From Eledone cirrhosa (Eukaryota), in contig OZ024745.1 of assembly GCA_964016885.1 (NCBI GenBank), forward strand, positions 61,566,001 to 61,630,000: a stretch of DNA of 64,000 bases, written 5' to 3'. This document shows positions 1 to 14,683 of the stretch, piece by piece. The first letter of the stretch is position 1, and each line of letters begins with the position of its first letter. The notes beneath the pieces are model-generated. The model saw only the letters and a program-made list of their open reading frames with translations. It was not told where the DNA came from and did not search any database. Position numbers and translations under genes: made by a program.

Positions 1-504
1 GTCCCTACGTTCTACAATCAAATCTCCTAAGGATACCCTTTGTTTGTCATAACTCACTCACGAACAATTAATTAAGTACTAGTGATAAATTTGTTGTTTT
101 TCATCGAATGTACCAATTCTATTGAGAGAACAAATAAAAAAGCTCTGAATATATTTAATAGAAATCACCATTTGAATATTCGTAGTGCAATGAGTTCGTG
201 GTAAATGTAATCTGTCGAGCTACATTTAATTCCAGAAATGGATTTAAAGCTGAAATTTAAAGACTGTATTCCAAACAAAGTTTGCTAGCAGCTTACCTCT
301 TTTTCCCGAATCCTCACCTATATAATATATGAATAATAAATGATCCATTCGGTCTTAATAATGTAGTTCGAGAGATATTCTGCACCTAAGAATAGACGAG
401 TTGTTTACGGCTCAAATTATTATTTTTTATATTTAAGTTTACCGGACTAAAGAACAACCACAACAACTTGAGTTACCAATATAACTATAAATATGTTCCA
501 GTTG

Positions 505-748
505 ATTCGTCTAACGGAACACCCTGCTCATGAAATTAACGTGCAAGTGACTGAGCATTCCACAGACACGTGTACTCTTAACGTATTTCTTAGAGAAATT
601 TAGGGTGACTCATTTTTGCCAGCTGTGTGGACTGGAGCAACGTGAAATAAAGTGTCTTGCTCAAGGACACAACGCGCTATCGGGAATCGGACTCATGACC
701 TTACGATTGTGAGCCGAATACTCTAACCACAAAGCCACGCGCCTTCAC
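505..748 (-). mobile_element. tRNA-derived SINE, family 2
   Basis: The reverse strand reads a tRNA-like head (ggcgcgtggctttgtggttagagtattcggctcacaatcgtaaggtcatgagtccgattccc), then gtgtccttgagcaagacactttatttcacgttgctccagtccacacagctggcaaaaatgag. A diverged + strand copy lies at 13270-13580. Confidence 0.7.
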
Positions 749-1720
749 ATTAATTAATCAAAAAGAAATCAGTGTGACAGTTACTTTTACATTATATTTC
801 TTTGTAGCGTTTCCATATGTATTTCAGATACATGTCATAGCCTCAACTTGTTTTTCTTCACATTTCAACAACAAAAGTTTTTATATAATTTAAATTAGCT
901 TAAAAAATATATAAAAAAAATATCCTTCAATTATTTGAACAAAACTGTCAATCATTTTCTTTCACTGGTTTCTGTTTTTCTTTCACTATATATATCTCCC
1001 TCTTGTTCTTACTTCCACATTCAATCCAGTATTTCTTTCATTTTCCCATTCTTCGTTACAAAAACAAATAAAGAAAGAACTAGCTTTCTTTTTTCTTTAT
1101 TTCATTCTATAATTTCCGTCTCCTTACACAGTGCTTCTTCGATTGTTTTCGTCCACAATTTTCGTTTTACATCATATCGTCTATGATTAACATGGTAACT
1201 GTCAAAACAGACAATGGCATTCCATGCACCCAAACCCCCACAAAAATATCACAATGTTATTATTTTTAAAATATAATATTCCAATAACTTGCAGACTTCT
1301 TTCTATTTTATTTCAATAACTTTGTTATTTTGTTGAATTTGTATTGGTTTGTATTTTTCGATAGAAATAATAGTGACAATCTGGAGGGATATTATAGTCA
1401 ATTGACTAAATCCCCCACCAGTTACATAAATAGTTTTGTGCTAACGAAATATCATCATTTCAATTGAGACTAGTTGTAGTTGAGAAATTGATTCTTGAGG
1501 TGAAGAGTGGTGATATTTGTAGTAAGTGATCTCATGATGTAATAATATAAAGAATGTTACATTACGTGATTTATTCAAGCAAAAATTATTTTCTTGTCTT
1601 GTTTTTCATGTAAATGATTCAGAGGAGAGTGAACGGAACAGTAACACAATGACTATATATTGACAAATACATTTACCCCCCCCCCCCCCCACACACATGT
1701 ATATATATATATATATATAT

Positions 1721-1794
1721 AGGGTGTACCCTAAAAATGTATGCACACTTCAACAGCGTTCTAATCAAAGTGTGAATACATTTTTTACGACGTC

Positions 1795-1800
<6 letters not shown>
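1721..1800. mobile_element. Tiny Tc1/mariner-type MITE (imperfect TIRs) in (TA)n
   Basis: The left end tagggtgtaccctaaaaatgtatgcacactt resembles the reverse complement of the right end, tacaggacgtcgtaaaaaatgtattcacacttt. TA repeats flank both sides. Confidence 0.55.
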
Positions 1801-1856
<56 letters not shown>

Positions 1857-2956
1857 GTGCAAGAAAATTGCGCCCATAGGCGGTATGCCGGGTGAACACT
1901 CGATGCTCGTGCAGAGCAGAGTGTAATAGTGTATAGGAATAAAGGAACAAAGAGTCAGTGTTGCATCACAACATATTTAATAACATATTACATGTAACAT
2001 GTAATATGTTATTAACCCCCCCCCCCCCCCCCCCATATATATATATATATCTTTAAAGCAAATTAACCAGCGTTGCTGGGACTGAAGAGGAGCTAGAAAT
2101 ATACCAGAATTCATATTAATGATGCCATGTTCGATTTCACTTGAAAAGTTATAATTGTAAAACGTAAATTTGTTTTCCAATACGTTTATAACAGTCTGGT
2201 ATTCATGGCACTATCTTACAGATATGTGTATATTCCTTAATTTAAATGGGTAAATATTATGAAGCTAATTCGTGGATATTAAATAAAAACAGAGGATTAA
2301 GTGAAAGCGAAAACAGTTGTAAAATCATTTGATTTTATTATGGAAAACTATTTTCTTTTTGACCTGAAATTTTTTTCTTTTTTATTGTTTGGAGGGGAAG
2401 GTAGTGTTAATGATCCTTTTGACAGGTGGAGGAGGCAGGGAGATGATGTCCTTCAAAAGGAGAACTGGCTTGAATGTTTTCAGTATGGTGAATTGCGTTA
2501 AAGATATCCAAGTGTCAAGCGGTGCCAGTCAATGAATAAATTCTATTGCCCAAGTAGGCTACAATATGGTTTAAAGTCAGAATGCAAAGCCCCGGGACAA
2601 ATATTACTAAACAATTCATGCAGCAATCTAACAATTCAGCCAACCCATCGCTCTGGATTGGTAAGTGATTTTATAAAGCCCCCCAATATGAAAGGCAAAT
2701 TTAACCTCTACGGTTTTGAACTCAGAGATTAGAGAGTCAGAACAAATACCTCAAGATCTACGCTTTAATGAGTCTGGCAATTCGCCACATATCTATGCTA
2801 TTTGAAAATGAATAGAAACTCGAATGTCCAGAGGTAAAGCACCCATGGAATTAAAATCATTCTTAATACACGTGAAAACCATTTTCGTTTCCTCTTGTAA
2901 GTATTGTTCTTCATCATCCCATCATCTTTTCATTCATGAAATAAATATTGTTAGTT

Positions 2957-3011
<55 letters not shown>

Positions 3012-3020
3012 AAAATTCAC

Positions 3021-3056
<36 letters not shown>

Positions 3057-3334
3057 TATAGAAATGGCTTCTACAGGAGGAAATCATTAGGAAAGCCGAC
3101 TGTCAATGTAATATGGGGGTATTTATACATTTTCTGGTGGTAGGGGAGGGTGTGACTGGGATGGGTAGAGGTAATTGGCTGATGGATTTAAAGAATGGGG
3201 ATTCTTTAAAACAACTATATTTAGCGAAAAATACACAGTGATACAAAGGCAAAAGTAAATTCAGGCTAAGTACCTATAGACAAACACATACACACTGACA
3301 GGCACTCCTAATTTTCAAGGTTCATTTATATATA

Positions 3335-3520
3335 TAATTGCTTCTACTTTTGGCACAAGGCCACCAACTATCTCAGTGTATTACTGGTACTTTATTTTAT
3401 CGACCCCCATAAGGGTGAAAGGCAAAGTTAACCTCGGCGGGATTTGAACTCAGAATGGCAAGGGCCGTAACTCTGTGTCAAAGCATGGCGTCCGACCCTC
3501 TACCGATACGGCCAATATGT
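3335..3520 (-). mobile_element. tRNA-derived SINE, family 1 (Meta/MESC-like central domain)
   Basis: Reverse complement of the B-box gagttcaaatcccgccgagg, then ttaactttgcctttca..cttatgggggtcgataaaataaagtaccag and a ggccttgtgccaaaagtagaa tail. This matches more than 10 other copies in the window. Confidence 0.8.
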
Positions 3521-5103
3521 TGTATAGTGTAAGTGCTTAACATATTTGCTGGAATATTAAACAATAATAAAGAAGGTTATGTGATATAGAACACAAAAGA
3601 AAATGTTGAATCAATTACCTATCTACTGTGGCGGCGGCATTAAGTGAAAAATATTGTCAAGGTAACAGCATATACTAATGGCTCCCTCTCTCACTAGGGA
3701 TACTTCACTGTTTCTTTCTCTTTCCTATTCACACTATCTTTATATCTCCTAACCTTGACACTTCTCTTCTTGTTTTTCTCACATATGTACACAATGTTTC
3801 TCTGAAGCTTTGTTCTCATCTCACTCTGTTTAGTTCGTTGCCAAACTTAAATACACATACTGTCTCCAATACATGCTTTTACAGTTGACCATTTACTGTC
3901 ACATACACTCACAGGCCCTCCTTCAATCTCTTTCCACCTACCCTTCTTTTATTCCTATCGGTTTAATCTCTATCTGTCCCTTTTTAACACGCGCTACACT
4001 CAGTCACAACGAACAAAACTGCCTATATAAATAAATCACGTAGAAAGACGCACTACACACCATGCATATATTGTTACTGACTTCTTCAGTATTTACCATT
4101 TCCTGTTTTCACCTTGGCTTCCGCTCACCAGTCCAACTCATGTTATCTTTTTCTGTCTTCAGATTTCATGAATATTTCTGTGTGTATTGTTTATTGAAGT
4201 TGTTCTTAGGTAGAATCCTTCTTGAAAGGGATCCTCAAATAGGTTAGCTTGATTTAGCTTGATTTAGCTTGATTTATTTGCATGAGCTTATATATATGTA
4301 AAATATGTACCCGAATAAAGCGGCTATTCTGCATATATGTAAGATAGAACTAGAAAATATATACCCACAGATAGAAAGTTAAAACTAGCATCAACCGAGA
4401 AAGTTTTAAGGCACACATAGCCATCAAACAAACACCAACACATGCAATGATACACGAAATACATAGCAAAACACAGTATACAACCACACTGTACAGCAAA
4501 CACCAATCACAGCACATGTAACATGAACAAACCTACACTACAAACAAATAAATAACCTTAATGAAGTAACGATGAAAAATACAATAATGAAAAAGGCAAG
4601 AAAGCTGCAAGACCAAAGCGAGCTCATTGAAAACAAGCTGTTCCAAGTAACAATCCCCTATATGTCTAAGACGAATGTTAGTGTTACAAAAAGTACGCCA
4701 TACCAATGAAGGACGAACGAGAAAAAGAAGAGGTAACAATAAAAAGACGGTCTTTCCCAACGTTTTCAAAACATTATGAGTATCGATTTTTCTTCTCAAA
4801 GAAATGCCGGTCTTGCACGAAATGTCGAAAAGCTTGCCGATTCTGAAGACTATGGACTGACCAAAAACTTTGACATTTATGATTTTGTTGAGAATGAAAC
4901 AATGGCTGACAACTTTTATGTTGAGATTCGGTCACGATGTCCCAGAAAATAAACCAGATCCATCGCTATTACGGATCACTCCATTTAATCCGGCTTTTTC
5001 CACATGACAGTAACAGTTGGGAATTTTAACTAAAGAGGACTAACAAAGGTACTCTAATACCCACACATTTTTATGCATATCGGTTTTAGATGTAACGGTG
5101 ATT

Positions 5104-5146
<43 letters not shown>

Positions 5147-5273
5147 GGTTCAAAAACTGGGCAGACCACAAATCTAGTTAGTATTCAAAGCAGATGAAGA
5201 GCTAGAATCCCCAAAGCGAGACCGTCTGTTTCAACTAGATCTCAGCAAGTATTTCCGAGTATTTTCATTATAC

Positions 5274-5355
<82 letters not shown>

Positions 5356-7317
5356 TCTCCCTCTCTCTCTCTCCCCTTCACACACACATACACGCACATG
5401 CACATACATATTGTATGTAAATTTGAAGGTTCGCTTAACCCTGTCAACCCTCTTATCTTTACTGATTAGTTCATGTCACAGCGTGAAGCTATTCAATTCC
5501 TGATTTAATTCTTATTAAATAAGGATGTTTTACGTTGGCATAAGGCTACAAACTATGATGGGGTGGGAGTAGATGGAATTCAGTTCAATTAATTCACTGT
5601 TCTTTAATACTACTCCTTTTATTTTATTCTACTCTTTTAAAATGATCCTACTTCGTAAGAAATAAAATTGAAAGATCGCCACTATGGCGTTATCTACTTG
5701 AAACAATTCTATTAGAAATTGGGCACATTCTTACAAGTGAACTAAACACTCATCAACTTATTGTTGTTTAATAGAGTTGTTTACTTCTTTTGAAACTCAT
5801 TTAAGTAGCCATTGAAACTTTGAAATTATTGTTGCTTTTCAACGGAGCATCAACAAAGGGATAGGAAACGACCCTGGTATGGCTGCACAGTTCAGAAGTC
5901 ACTTCTCAACTACGTAGCTTCGAGTTTTATCTCATCGCGTAACAAATTGTTTTCTGTGTGAAAATCAGTAACTAGAAACGAGATGGAAGTCTACTGAAGA
6001 GGCCATTCATATTCGTGGATGGTAAATTTAATCTGGCACCGATTTAACACCAATACGTAAACTGTGGGTGTCTTTTACTGCGTCTACACTTTTTAAAACA
6101 TACTGATGAAACCAATACTCCGGTTTGAGCATAACGAAGCCTCTTCTTCTGATCAGCATAGGAAGCTTTGTGCACTGATTTTCTTCCTCTGGCAAAGTTA
6201 CACAAATACAAAATCAACCGTCAGGATTGAGACCAATCAACTTAGTTATCTATGGCTCTTGAAAATTAGTGAAAGAGTGGCTCTTATAGCTGAAATGTCT
6301 ATTAGGAATCTTATAAAATTTCTTATGAATGTACATAGTTTAATATAAACAAGGCAAAGAATCATACTTGTACGGTTGCGTCGCATGTAATGTAGAATAA
6401 GTTGAAAAGTCTCGATTAAATGATATTATTCTTGTAATATGATAAAAGCTGCCACCATAGTGCTTAAAATCTAAAGCAAAATGCAAGACAGACAACTCCA
6501 ATGGTATCAGCGAATCTACATTTTTGGAAGATGATCATGTCTTTACAGCCAACTGGGGAAAGCAAATGACCTGATCCAATTTTATTAGATCTTTTCAGCA
6601 AAACATAATTGATCTCAATTGTCTAGAGATAGAATTGAGGTCGTATGTAAAAATATAGAGGGAAAGTAGCAACGATGATTCTAATATAAATAATAGAGCT
6701 GAGGGAAATATCAGCGGCCGTTTTTCTGTTGATTGTCAACGAGAACATGTAAACTCAGTAATATAAACTAACGAGTATCTCAACGGATAAGCAATCTTAA
6801 AACGTTTTCGAACAGTGAGAAATACATATTTACAATTATGTGGAGAGAACTAATTTCGGAAGAAGTGCACTGAATTTAGAAACAGTGCAGAGCGGAACTG
6901 ATGTGGTAAAAACTATTTATAATTATGTTGCAGTTCATATCCTCTCATTGTTCAGTCAAGTAAAGAACGCTTCAGCTCATTTAGCACTGAATAGATATCT
7001 AAATATGATGCAGCCCTCTGTATAAATAAGTATTACTTTAAACAAATCACAAGTGACTCACAGTTAAATCAATCGAAATTTTTTACCTTACTAAACAAGA
7101 ATTATTTTGTCTATCTGCAGTGTGATCCATTGAGCAGCTACAAATAACAGAAAATATTTCTTCCATTCAAACCCTTGATTCAACAGACGGCATGTTCACT
7201 CTACTACTCCGTTGAAGACTTTCTGGAGCTTGAAATTACCTATGAACTTTCTAATGATGTCGGTAATGTCATTGATTTAAATAATGAAGAGAAGCGGGCT
7301 CGACTGTGTGCCTTGTG

Positions 7318-7500
7318 CTACTGATGTTGGCTGAGCTTGATTGATCGTACTCCAACGACCACATGCTGGGTGCTGTTAACCAGAAAATAGACTCCAATAT
7401 TAGATAGTTTCTTCAACAGGATGCTGTGATCAACCCTGTCAAAGGCCTTGCCAATGTCAAGATATATAACATCTCTACTGGAGCCCTTTCTCAAAGCTTT
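7318..7500 (-). pseudogene. LINE reverse transcriptase fragment (CR1/L2/Jockey-like)
   Basis: Translation DVIYLDIGKAFDRVDHSILLKKLSNIGV is an RT motif. The fragment is interrupted by a microsatellite. Confidence 0.7.
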
Positions 7501-7834
7501 ATATATACATATGTGTGTGTGTGCGCGCGCGTGTGTATGTGCATGCGTATGTGTGTATGTGCATGCGTATGTATGAGTGTGCGTGCTTGTATATCCATAC
7601 ACAAACTGATTTGAAGTAATTTTGGATTAAATTCACTAGGGAGAAACTGTAGACTTGATAATCAAGGTAGAGCGATTTCTGTCTACTTGTGTCAAATATA
7701 GCTACAATATAGCCAGGGCAACATAATGTTCCCGAATCAGAATTAATCAAACCGTTCTTTCAGTTTGACAAGTGCGCGACAAAAATTGTCAAGACAACAA
7801 AGACGAATGATTAATTCCACCTTCACTAATACAG

Positions 7835-8320
<486 letters not shown>

Positions 8321-8959
8321 AAATATCATTCAGACAACCTAAGCGCAGACATGTTGAATATTTATCTAGGTCGAAATGACGATACACCAATTATAGAATG
8401 TAAGTAATCTACAAATAGTTTCCTCTAGAATGTTCTAAGAGAAATTGAAATGAATGTCATGATACAGAGATGATGAATAAGGAAAATATTCCGAGATCGA
8501 GCGCAGTGAAAATATAACCAAAACACACAAGCAAAGCACTAGATATATACAAAGTTGTTACACACGCTGGGAGGCCAGCACCTGGGACCCTATTTGCTCA
8601 CCATACGGAGAGATGGGGAGGGCGAGAGAGATGGAAGCGATGACAGTGGGAGTTCGGCTCTTCCACTTTCGGACTATATCCTTGTGGTTGTGTTCATTAA
8701 GCCCTAGAGCAGTAATGTATTTTTCTCTAAATATATATATATATTTTTAAGAACCCCCTTCCTTTAAATCCATCAGCCAATGACCTCTACTATGTATTGA
8801 GTACCTTACTTACTGTGGTTAACCCCGATTGAACCCGGGACACACACAGTTACACACATATATATACAGTTACACACATATATATACACCCACATATACA
8901 CGAGAATATTACTCGTTATATTACACGTATGTTTGGGAGTATAAGTTTGCTACTGTTAG

Positions 8960-9887
8960 TAACAGCGTCCAGATGGAGACACACAGTCTTTCGACATCGT
9001 CGCTGGTGTTCTATACGGTGATACACAGGTCAACAACCTATTAATAATCTGCCTGGATTATGTACTATGAACATCAGTTGACAAGAAGAAAGAGTATGGT
9101 GACACCCTGAAACCAACCAGAAACAAATACTATCCGGCCTAGAACATTATAGATGCTGACAATTCAGATTATCTTGTAATACTATTGAATAGAGTACACG
9201 AATCAGAATCTCTGTTACACAGTTTGGAGAGAGAAGCCAAAGGTATTATACTCTACGTAAATGTAGACAAGACTGAATACATGTGTTTCAACTAGTCGAT
9301 AAACCTCTGAAAATATTGATCAGTTTACCTATCTTGGAAGCAAGATTTTTAAATAAGTAAAATAAACACATGATTTGGCAAAGCTTGAATTGCCTCGGAT
9401 AAGTTGGAAATCGAAGCTTCCAAAACAAAAAATGGAAATTCTTCTAAGCAACAGTGGAGTCAGTTCTGCTGTACAGGAGAACTACATGGTCACTCCCTAA
9501 GCGACTCGAGAATGAACTTGATGAAACGTACACAAGAATGCTCAGAGCTGTTTTAAACCTATTCTGGAAGCAGTACCCTACACAATAAGCAACTCTATTG
9601 CCATCTAACTGCAATCTCTCATACCACCCGAAAAGGACGAGCCGAATTAGCGGGACAGTGCTGGAGAGTAAAGAATGAAATTGTCGGCGATGTGTTGCTT
9701 TGGACACCAAGGCATGGATATACCAACGTGGGCAAATCTCACAGTTTACATCAAACAGCTATGTGAGGATGCTGAGTGCAATCTGGAGGATGTGCCATGA
9801 GCAATGAACGACAGGGGTCGGATGGAGAAGGAGAATTATGGCGATCAGTGCGACCAGAACGCCAATATGATGATAATGATGATGATA
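8960..9887 (+). mobile_element. Decayed 5'-truncated RTE-like LINE
   Basis: Broken translation PDGDTQSFDIVAGVL.GDT..IICLDYV, a degenerate ADD region, KILDQFTYLGS and AVESVLLY..TTWSL.KRLENELDETYTRMLRAVLN. It ends in a (TGA)n tail at about 9868-9886. Confidence 0.7.
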
Positions 9888-11224
9888 TCAATAAAAATAA
9901 ATTCCCTACGTCTATATTTTGCTAAAACAATTCCTTATATCGCTCACGCTCAAACATTATAATGTAGTATAATGGAAAACAGCAATTAGAATAAAAGGAA
10001 AAAGAAACGAAATTGAGAAAAAAAATACATATTTTCATATACCTATGTTCCATTCATGAAAAAATCCAAAGAAAGAAAATTTGTATAGATTCTAGAAGTA
10101 AACAACGATTACTTGATTATGTGTGTGTGTATACATATATGCGTTCGTGTGCGTGTTTATGTGTGTGCATTCTAGTTAAAGCTTCTTTGCCACTCTAACT
10201 TTCACACACGTTACCTGAAATCCCATAATTAGCATAAGAAAAGAAAAATATACTCATATATATGAACTCTAATATCTATTTCTTCATCAATCGGACCTGG
10301 ATTTTGAGCGCGTGTTCCTGGCTAACTAACTCTGTCACTGCTATTTTTATCACTAACCTTGTAAGGAAGAGATCTACTAAGGATTTTGCTTCAACTATCG
10401 TTTGTTTGATCATTAATCAACGCTAAAACCTTTTTCTGCCTTTTTTTATATATAATCTCCAGCTTTCAAATTTTGAGATCTCACACATGCAAGAAAAGAA
10501 AAATATACCCTTACATCTATAGTCTGTTCTTTTAACTTCTAATAGCTTTTAGGATGATTTTAACTGAAGCTTCTGCTTTCTTAAACTTGATTCCTGTCTC
10601 TCCGACCGTTAACCAATGCTAAAAATTTCTTAGCGTAGAAGAAAACGTATAGCAATTCGCTGCTGAATGTCTTTTAAGACTGAGAATTATGAATGAAATT
10701 CCATGTTTTAATGCTTTATAGACATTGTTTGGGTTTGTATAACCCCCCCCCACACACACAATATATATATATATATATATATATATGATCAGTATCATTA
10801 ATATAGAGTAATTCGTAATAGAGAGGTGTATATGAAGACGTATACGATATGTTTATGAATAATATACATATCGTAATGCTTTTATATGCACTTCTATTAT
10901 ATACATAGTAGATATCAACTTATGTATGAAAATCGGATGTGTATAGTGTTTATGAGAGGTTTATTTTCCACAAATTTCCTTGTTCTTTTTGACGAATGAA
11001 TAAACATATATGAAACTATAATCAGTTTTTCAATTTCCTTTCTTTCCCTTTTCTCAAATCTCAGTGTTTGTTGATACTATATGAAGATTAATGTCTTCTT
11101 TAATACTACATTTGTAAAGCATAATTCTTAAAAAAAATCAACTAAATATTCTCCGAATCAATTTATACCGTCTTAAAATCAAAGGGATTCCTTCAATAAT
11201 CTAGTACAAGGAACACCACGGTAA

Positions 11225-11640
11225 AGGAAGAGAGTTGCCTGTAATAGATATGGAGAGGGGTGGGGGGATTGGAAGAGTGTTCTGTGTAGAGTGAAAAGGA
11301 ATGAGAAGGAAAGTGTTGTATGGTAGATATAGAGTGGGGGAGAGTTTGGTGGTAATTGATATAGAGAGGAGTACGGGAAGAGAGTTCCGTGTGGCAGATA
11401 TAGAGAGGGGGAGAGTTTGGTGTTATTTGATATTTAGAGGGGGATTGGAAGAGAGTACTGTGTAGTAGATATAGAGAGGGGGAACTTTGCTGTTAATTGA
11501 TATAGAGGGGGGTGGGGGTGGGTGGAAGAGAGTTCCGTGTAGTAGATATAGAGGGGGGAACTTTGGTGATAGTTGATATGGAGAGGGGGATTAAAAACGA
11601 GTTTGAGTGATAGACATAGAGAGGATGAGAGTTTGGTAGT
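11225..11640. repeat. ~70-bp imperfect G/A-rich tandem repeat (~6 copies)
   Basis: gatatagagagggggagagtttggt...gatatagagagg..ggaagagagttccgtgt recurs at about 11326, 11397, 11468, 11545 and 11613. Confidence 0.75.
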
Positions 11641-12188
11641 ACTTTCGGGTCTCAAACAATAGGAGGGATCGGAACAAGCAGTGAGTGGACATTTGCTTAC
11701 ATTCTTATAAGCGGGAAGTGGGGAATCAGTGGGGTATAGTGTACATAATCAAGTGGGGTATAGTGTACGTAAATATGAGATTTCTTGTAATGTTCTTTTT
11801 TTGGCACATATAATGTTTTTTTAAATGTAAAATAAAATAATTATTAGATTCTCCAGCTGCTGTATCAATATGAATAACTTCCAATAAAATTTCGCCGGAG
11901 ATAGATTAGCAAAATTTAATAAGCGAGGTGAGTTGGAAAAACAGGGTTAGGGTTGGAAAAAATCTGAAAAATTAATAAGCTGACGGGGGACGATTATTCA
12001 AGACCTGAGACTAAGTAAATTATTGACGGACGTAAGAATGAAAACTCAATATCGAAGTAGATTTTAAATATTCATTTATTATGGCTAAGTACTCACAGCC
12101 TTGCGTACTCACATGACCATCTGACAAGACCGGTGAACCTCCGAGTGTGCAGGTGAAACTTTAGAGTAATGAAGCTCTCCAATAATGA

Positions 12189-12222
<34 letters not shown>

Positions 12223-12228
12223 ATATAT

Positions 12229-12261
<33 letters not shown>

Positions 12262-12262
<1 letters not shown>

Positions 12263-12765
12263 GAAAAAAATGAAAAGAATGACTTCACTTGTAGTGTTAA
12301 ATAATTTGATTTAATATTATGAGTTGGTATATCTAGTAAGTTATTTGTTAACTTCGGTTGGAAGAATTTTAAAGATTCCTGGTTAACTTTGTTGGAGAAC
12401 TTTCTCGCATTCGTCGGTGGCGATTGTCAAACTGAGATCAGGTTGTGTTGAGATGTGTGACAAAAATGTAGTTTATGTATGCATTTTTCGCACGTGGTTC
12501 TAGTGTAAACAAAGATATTTATATGGCACAGACAGTCCATACATAAACTACATTTTTGTCACACATCTCCACACAACCTGATCTCAATTTGACAATCGCC
12601 ACCGAGGAATGCGAGAAAGTACTCCAACAAAGTTAACCAGGAATCTTTAAAATTCTTCCCACGGAAGTTAACAAAGAACTTACTAGATCTACCAACTCAT
12701 AATATTATAAAATTAAATCAAATTATTTAACACTACAAGTGAAGTCATTCTTTTCATTTTTTTCA
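12262..12765. repeat. Long inverted repeat (~220-bp arms, 56-bp spacer) between (TA)n tracts
   Basis: 12262-12481 is the near reverse complement of 12538-12765, for example tgaaaaaaatgaaaagaatgacttcacttgtag versus ctacaagtgaagtcattcttttcatttttttca. Confidence 0.92.
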
Positions 12766-12801
12766 AATATACCTAACTGTACCAAGGATCTCACACATTT
12801 T

Positions 12802-12901
<100 letters not shown>

Positions 12902-12998
12902 AGATAAATAAATTGTGTATAATACCAGTTTCTTACGAAATGCGAAGAAGCTCGATATATTAACCCCTAGGGAAGGATACAGAGCCTAATTCTTTAAG

Positions 12999-13058
<60 letters not shown>

Positions 13059-13269
13059 GGTACAGGGACGGTGGAACTGAGGAGGGCAGGGGTGGTATGT
13101 CCACCCCAATAAATATATTTTTCTCCCAAATGAAAAACTGGAGCCCCCGCCGCGCCCAAATCAAAGACGGGACTCAATAAAAAAAACGCCCCCCCCCCAA
13201 ATAAAAACCGGACCCCCCTATAAAAGTGGACACCCCCAATAAAAAGCAGACATCATGAACTCAAACCCG

Positions 13270-13580
13270 AATCCGAGCCTTAGTGGTTACGGTGTTCGGC
13301 TCACGATCGCAGAGACATGGTTTTGATTTCCGGACGCACATTGTGTCCTTGATCCTGCTCCTTTATTTCAAATTGCTCCAATCCACTCAGCTGGTAAAAA
13401 TTGTACTCGTATTTTAAAGGGCTTGGCTTGGCCCACTGTGTCACATTGGCTCTCCCTGAGAACTATATTAAGTTTGCACGAGTGTACTTTAATTCCACTT
13501 AACGCCACTTGCACTTTAATTCCATTTGCAGGCAGTTCAAACTAGGGGAATACTTGCCGTCGTAACCGATGGAAGTTCAA
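13270..13580 (+). mobile_element. tRNA-derived SINE, family 2 (diverged)
   Basis: tagtggttacggtgttcggctcacgatcg...tgtgtccttg..ttgctccaatccactcagctggtaaaaa, homologous to 505-748. Confidence 0.6.
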
Positions 13581-13627
13581 CGCACACACACACACTCACA
13601 CAAACACACACACCACACACACACATA

Positions 13628-13719
<92 letters not shown>

Positions 13720-13981
13720 CATATATACACACACACAGTATCACTAACTCTGGTAAAAAGAAAGACAATGTGGTCACGAATGAAATATCTTTGACTATAA
13801 TGCTACTCAAGTGGCGGACTGACTTGAAACCAAACGTTAACATAAAAAACTAGAACAATAACAACACCTTTACCACCACCACCACCAACAACAACAACAA
13901 TAACACCAGCAACAACAACAACAGCAACAACAAGGACAACAACAACGACGATGGCGATTACAACAACAACAACAACAACAA

Positions 13982-14135
13982 ATAATTGTTTCTACTTTTG
14001 GCACAAGGCCAGCAATTATCCAGTAATTACTGGTACTTTATTTTATCGACCCCGTAAGGATGAAAGGCAAAGTTAGCCTCGGCAGGATTTGAACTTAGAT
14101 CAGAAAGGGGCGTAACTCCGATACTGCCAATCCAC
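13982..14135 (-). mobile_element. SINE family 1 copy
   Basis: Reverse complement of the B-box and gcctttcatccttacggggtcgataaaataaagtaccag core. Confidence 0.8.
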
Positions 14136-14639
14136 CAACAATAATATCACCAACAGAGGCAGCAACAGCATCAGTAGCATTCACAAATGGCTTCCTGCTT
14201 CTGTGTGAAAATTTCGGATGTGTAGCATGTCTTTAATGACAAACCCCTCTCGTCCGATTTTTGTAATACTATAGCACACATTATTTTGTCATTTGCAATG
14301 ATTTTAATGCAAAGATGCAGGGAATTCACTCAACTACGGTATACACCCAGTTTCAGATATTGAAAAATAATATTTGTTGACATCCGGCATACTCAGTGCT
14401 AAGTTGATTTCCATTACTAATCATGCATTAGTGATCACAACATTAATGCTAGAAATGCAAGATTATCTCCCTCAACACAGTTTTACACTCCACCACAATC
14501 CATTACTTCCGTTTGTTGTTATCTCCCGGAAAAACAACAACTTGGATCTTTTTTAAGCCTTTATTTCTCTACCATTACTTCATTAAGTATTAGGGATCAC
14601 ACATATGATGTCCACTTCCTCCAAATCCCACCATTATTT

Positions 14640-14682
<43 letters not shown>

Positions 14683-14683
14683 A

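Noticed and set aside
5990-6130. CTGAAGA (5993) and CTGATGA (6103) followed by short stems
   Set aside because: There is no correctly placed GAAA with stems I and III, so they are too degenerate to call hammerheads.
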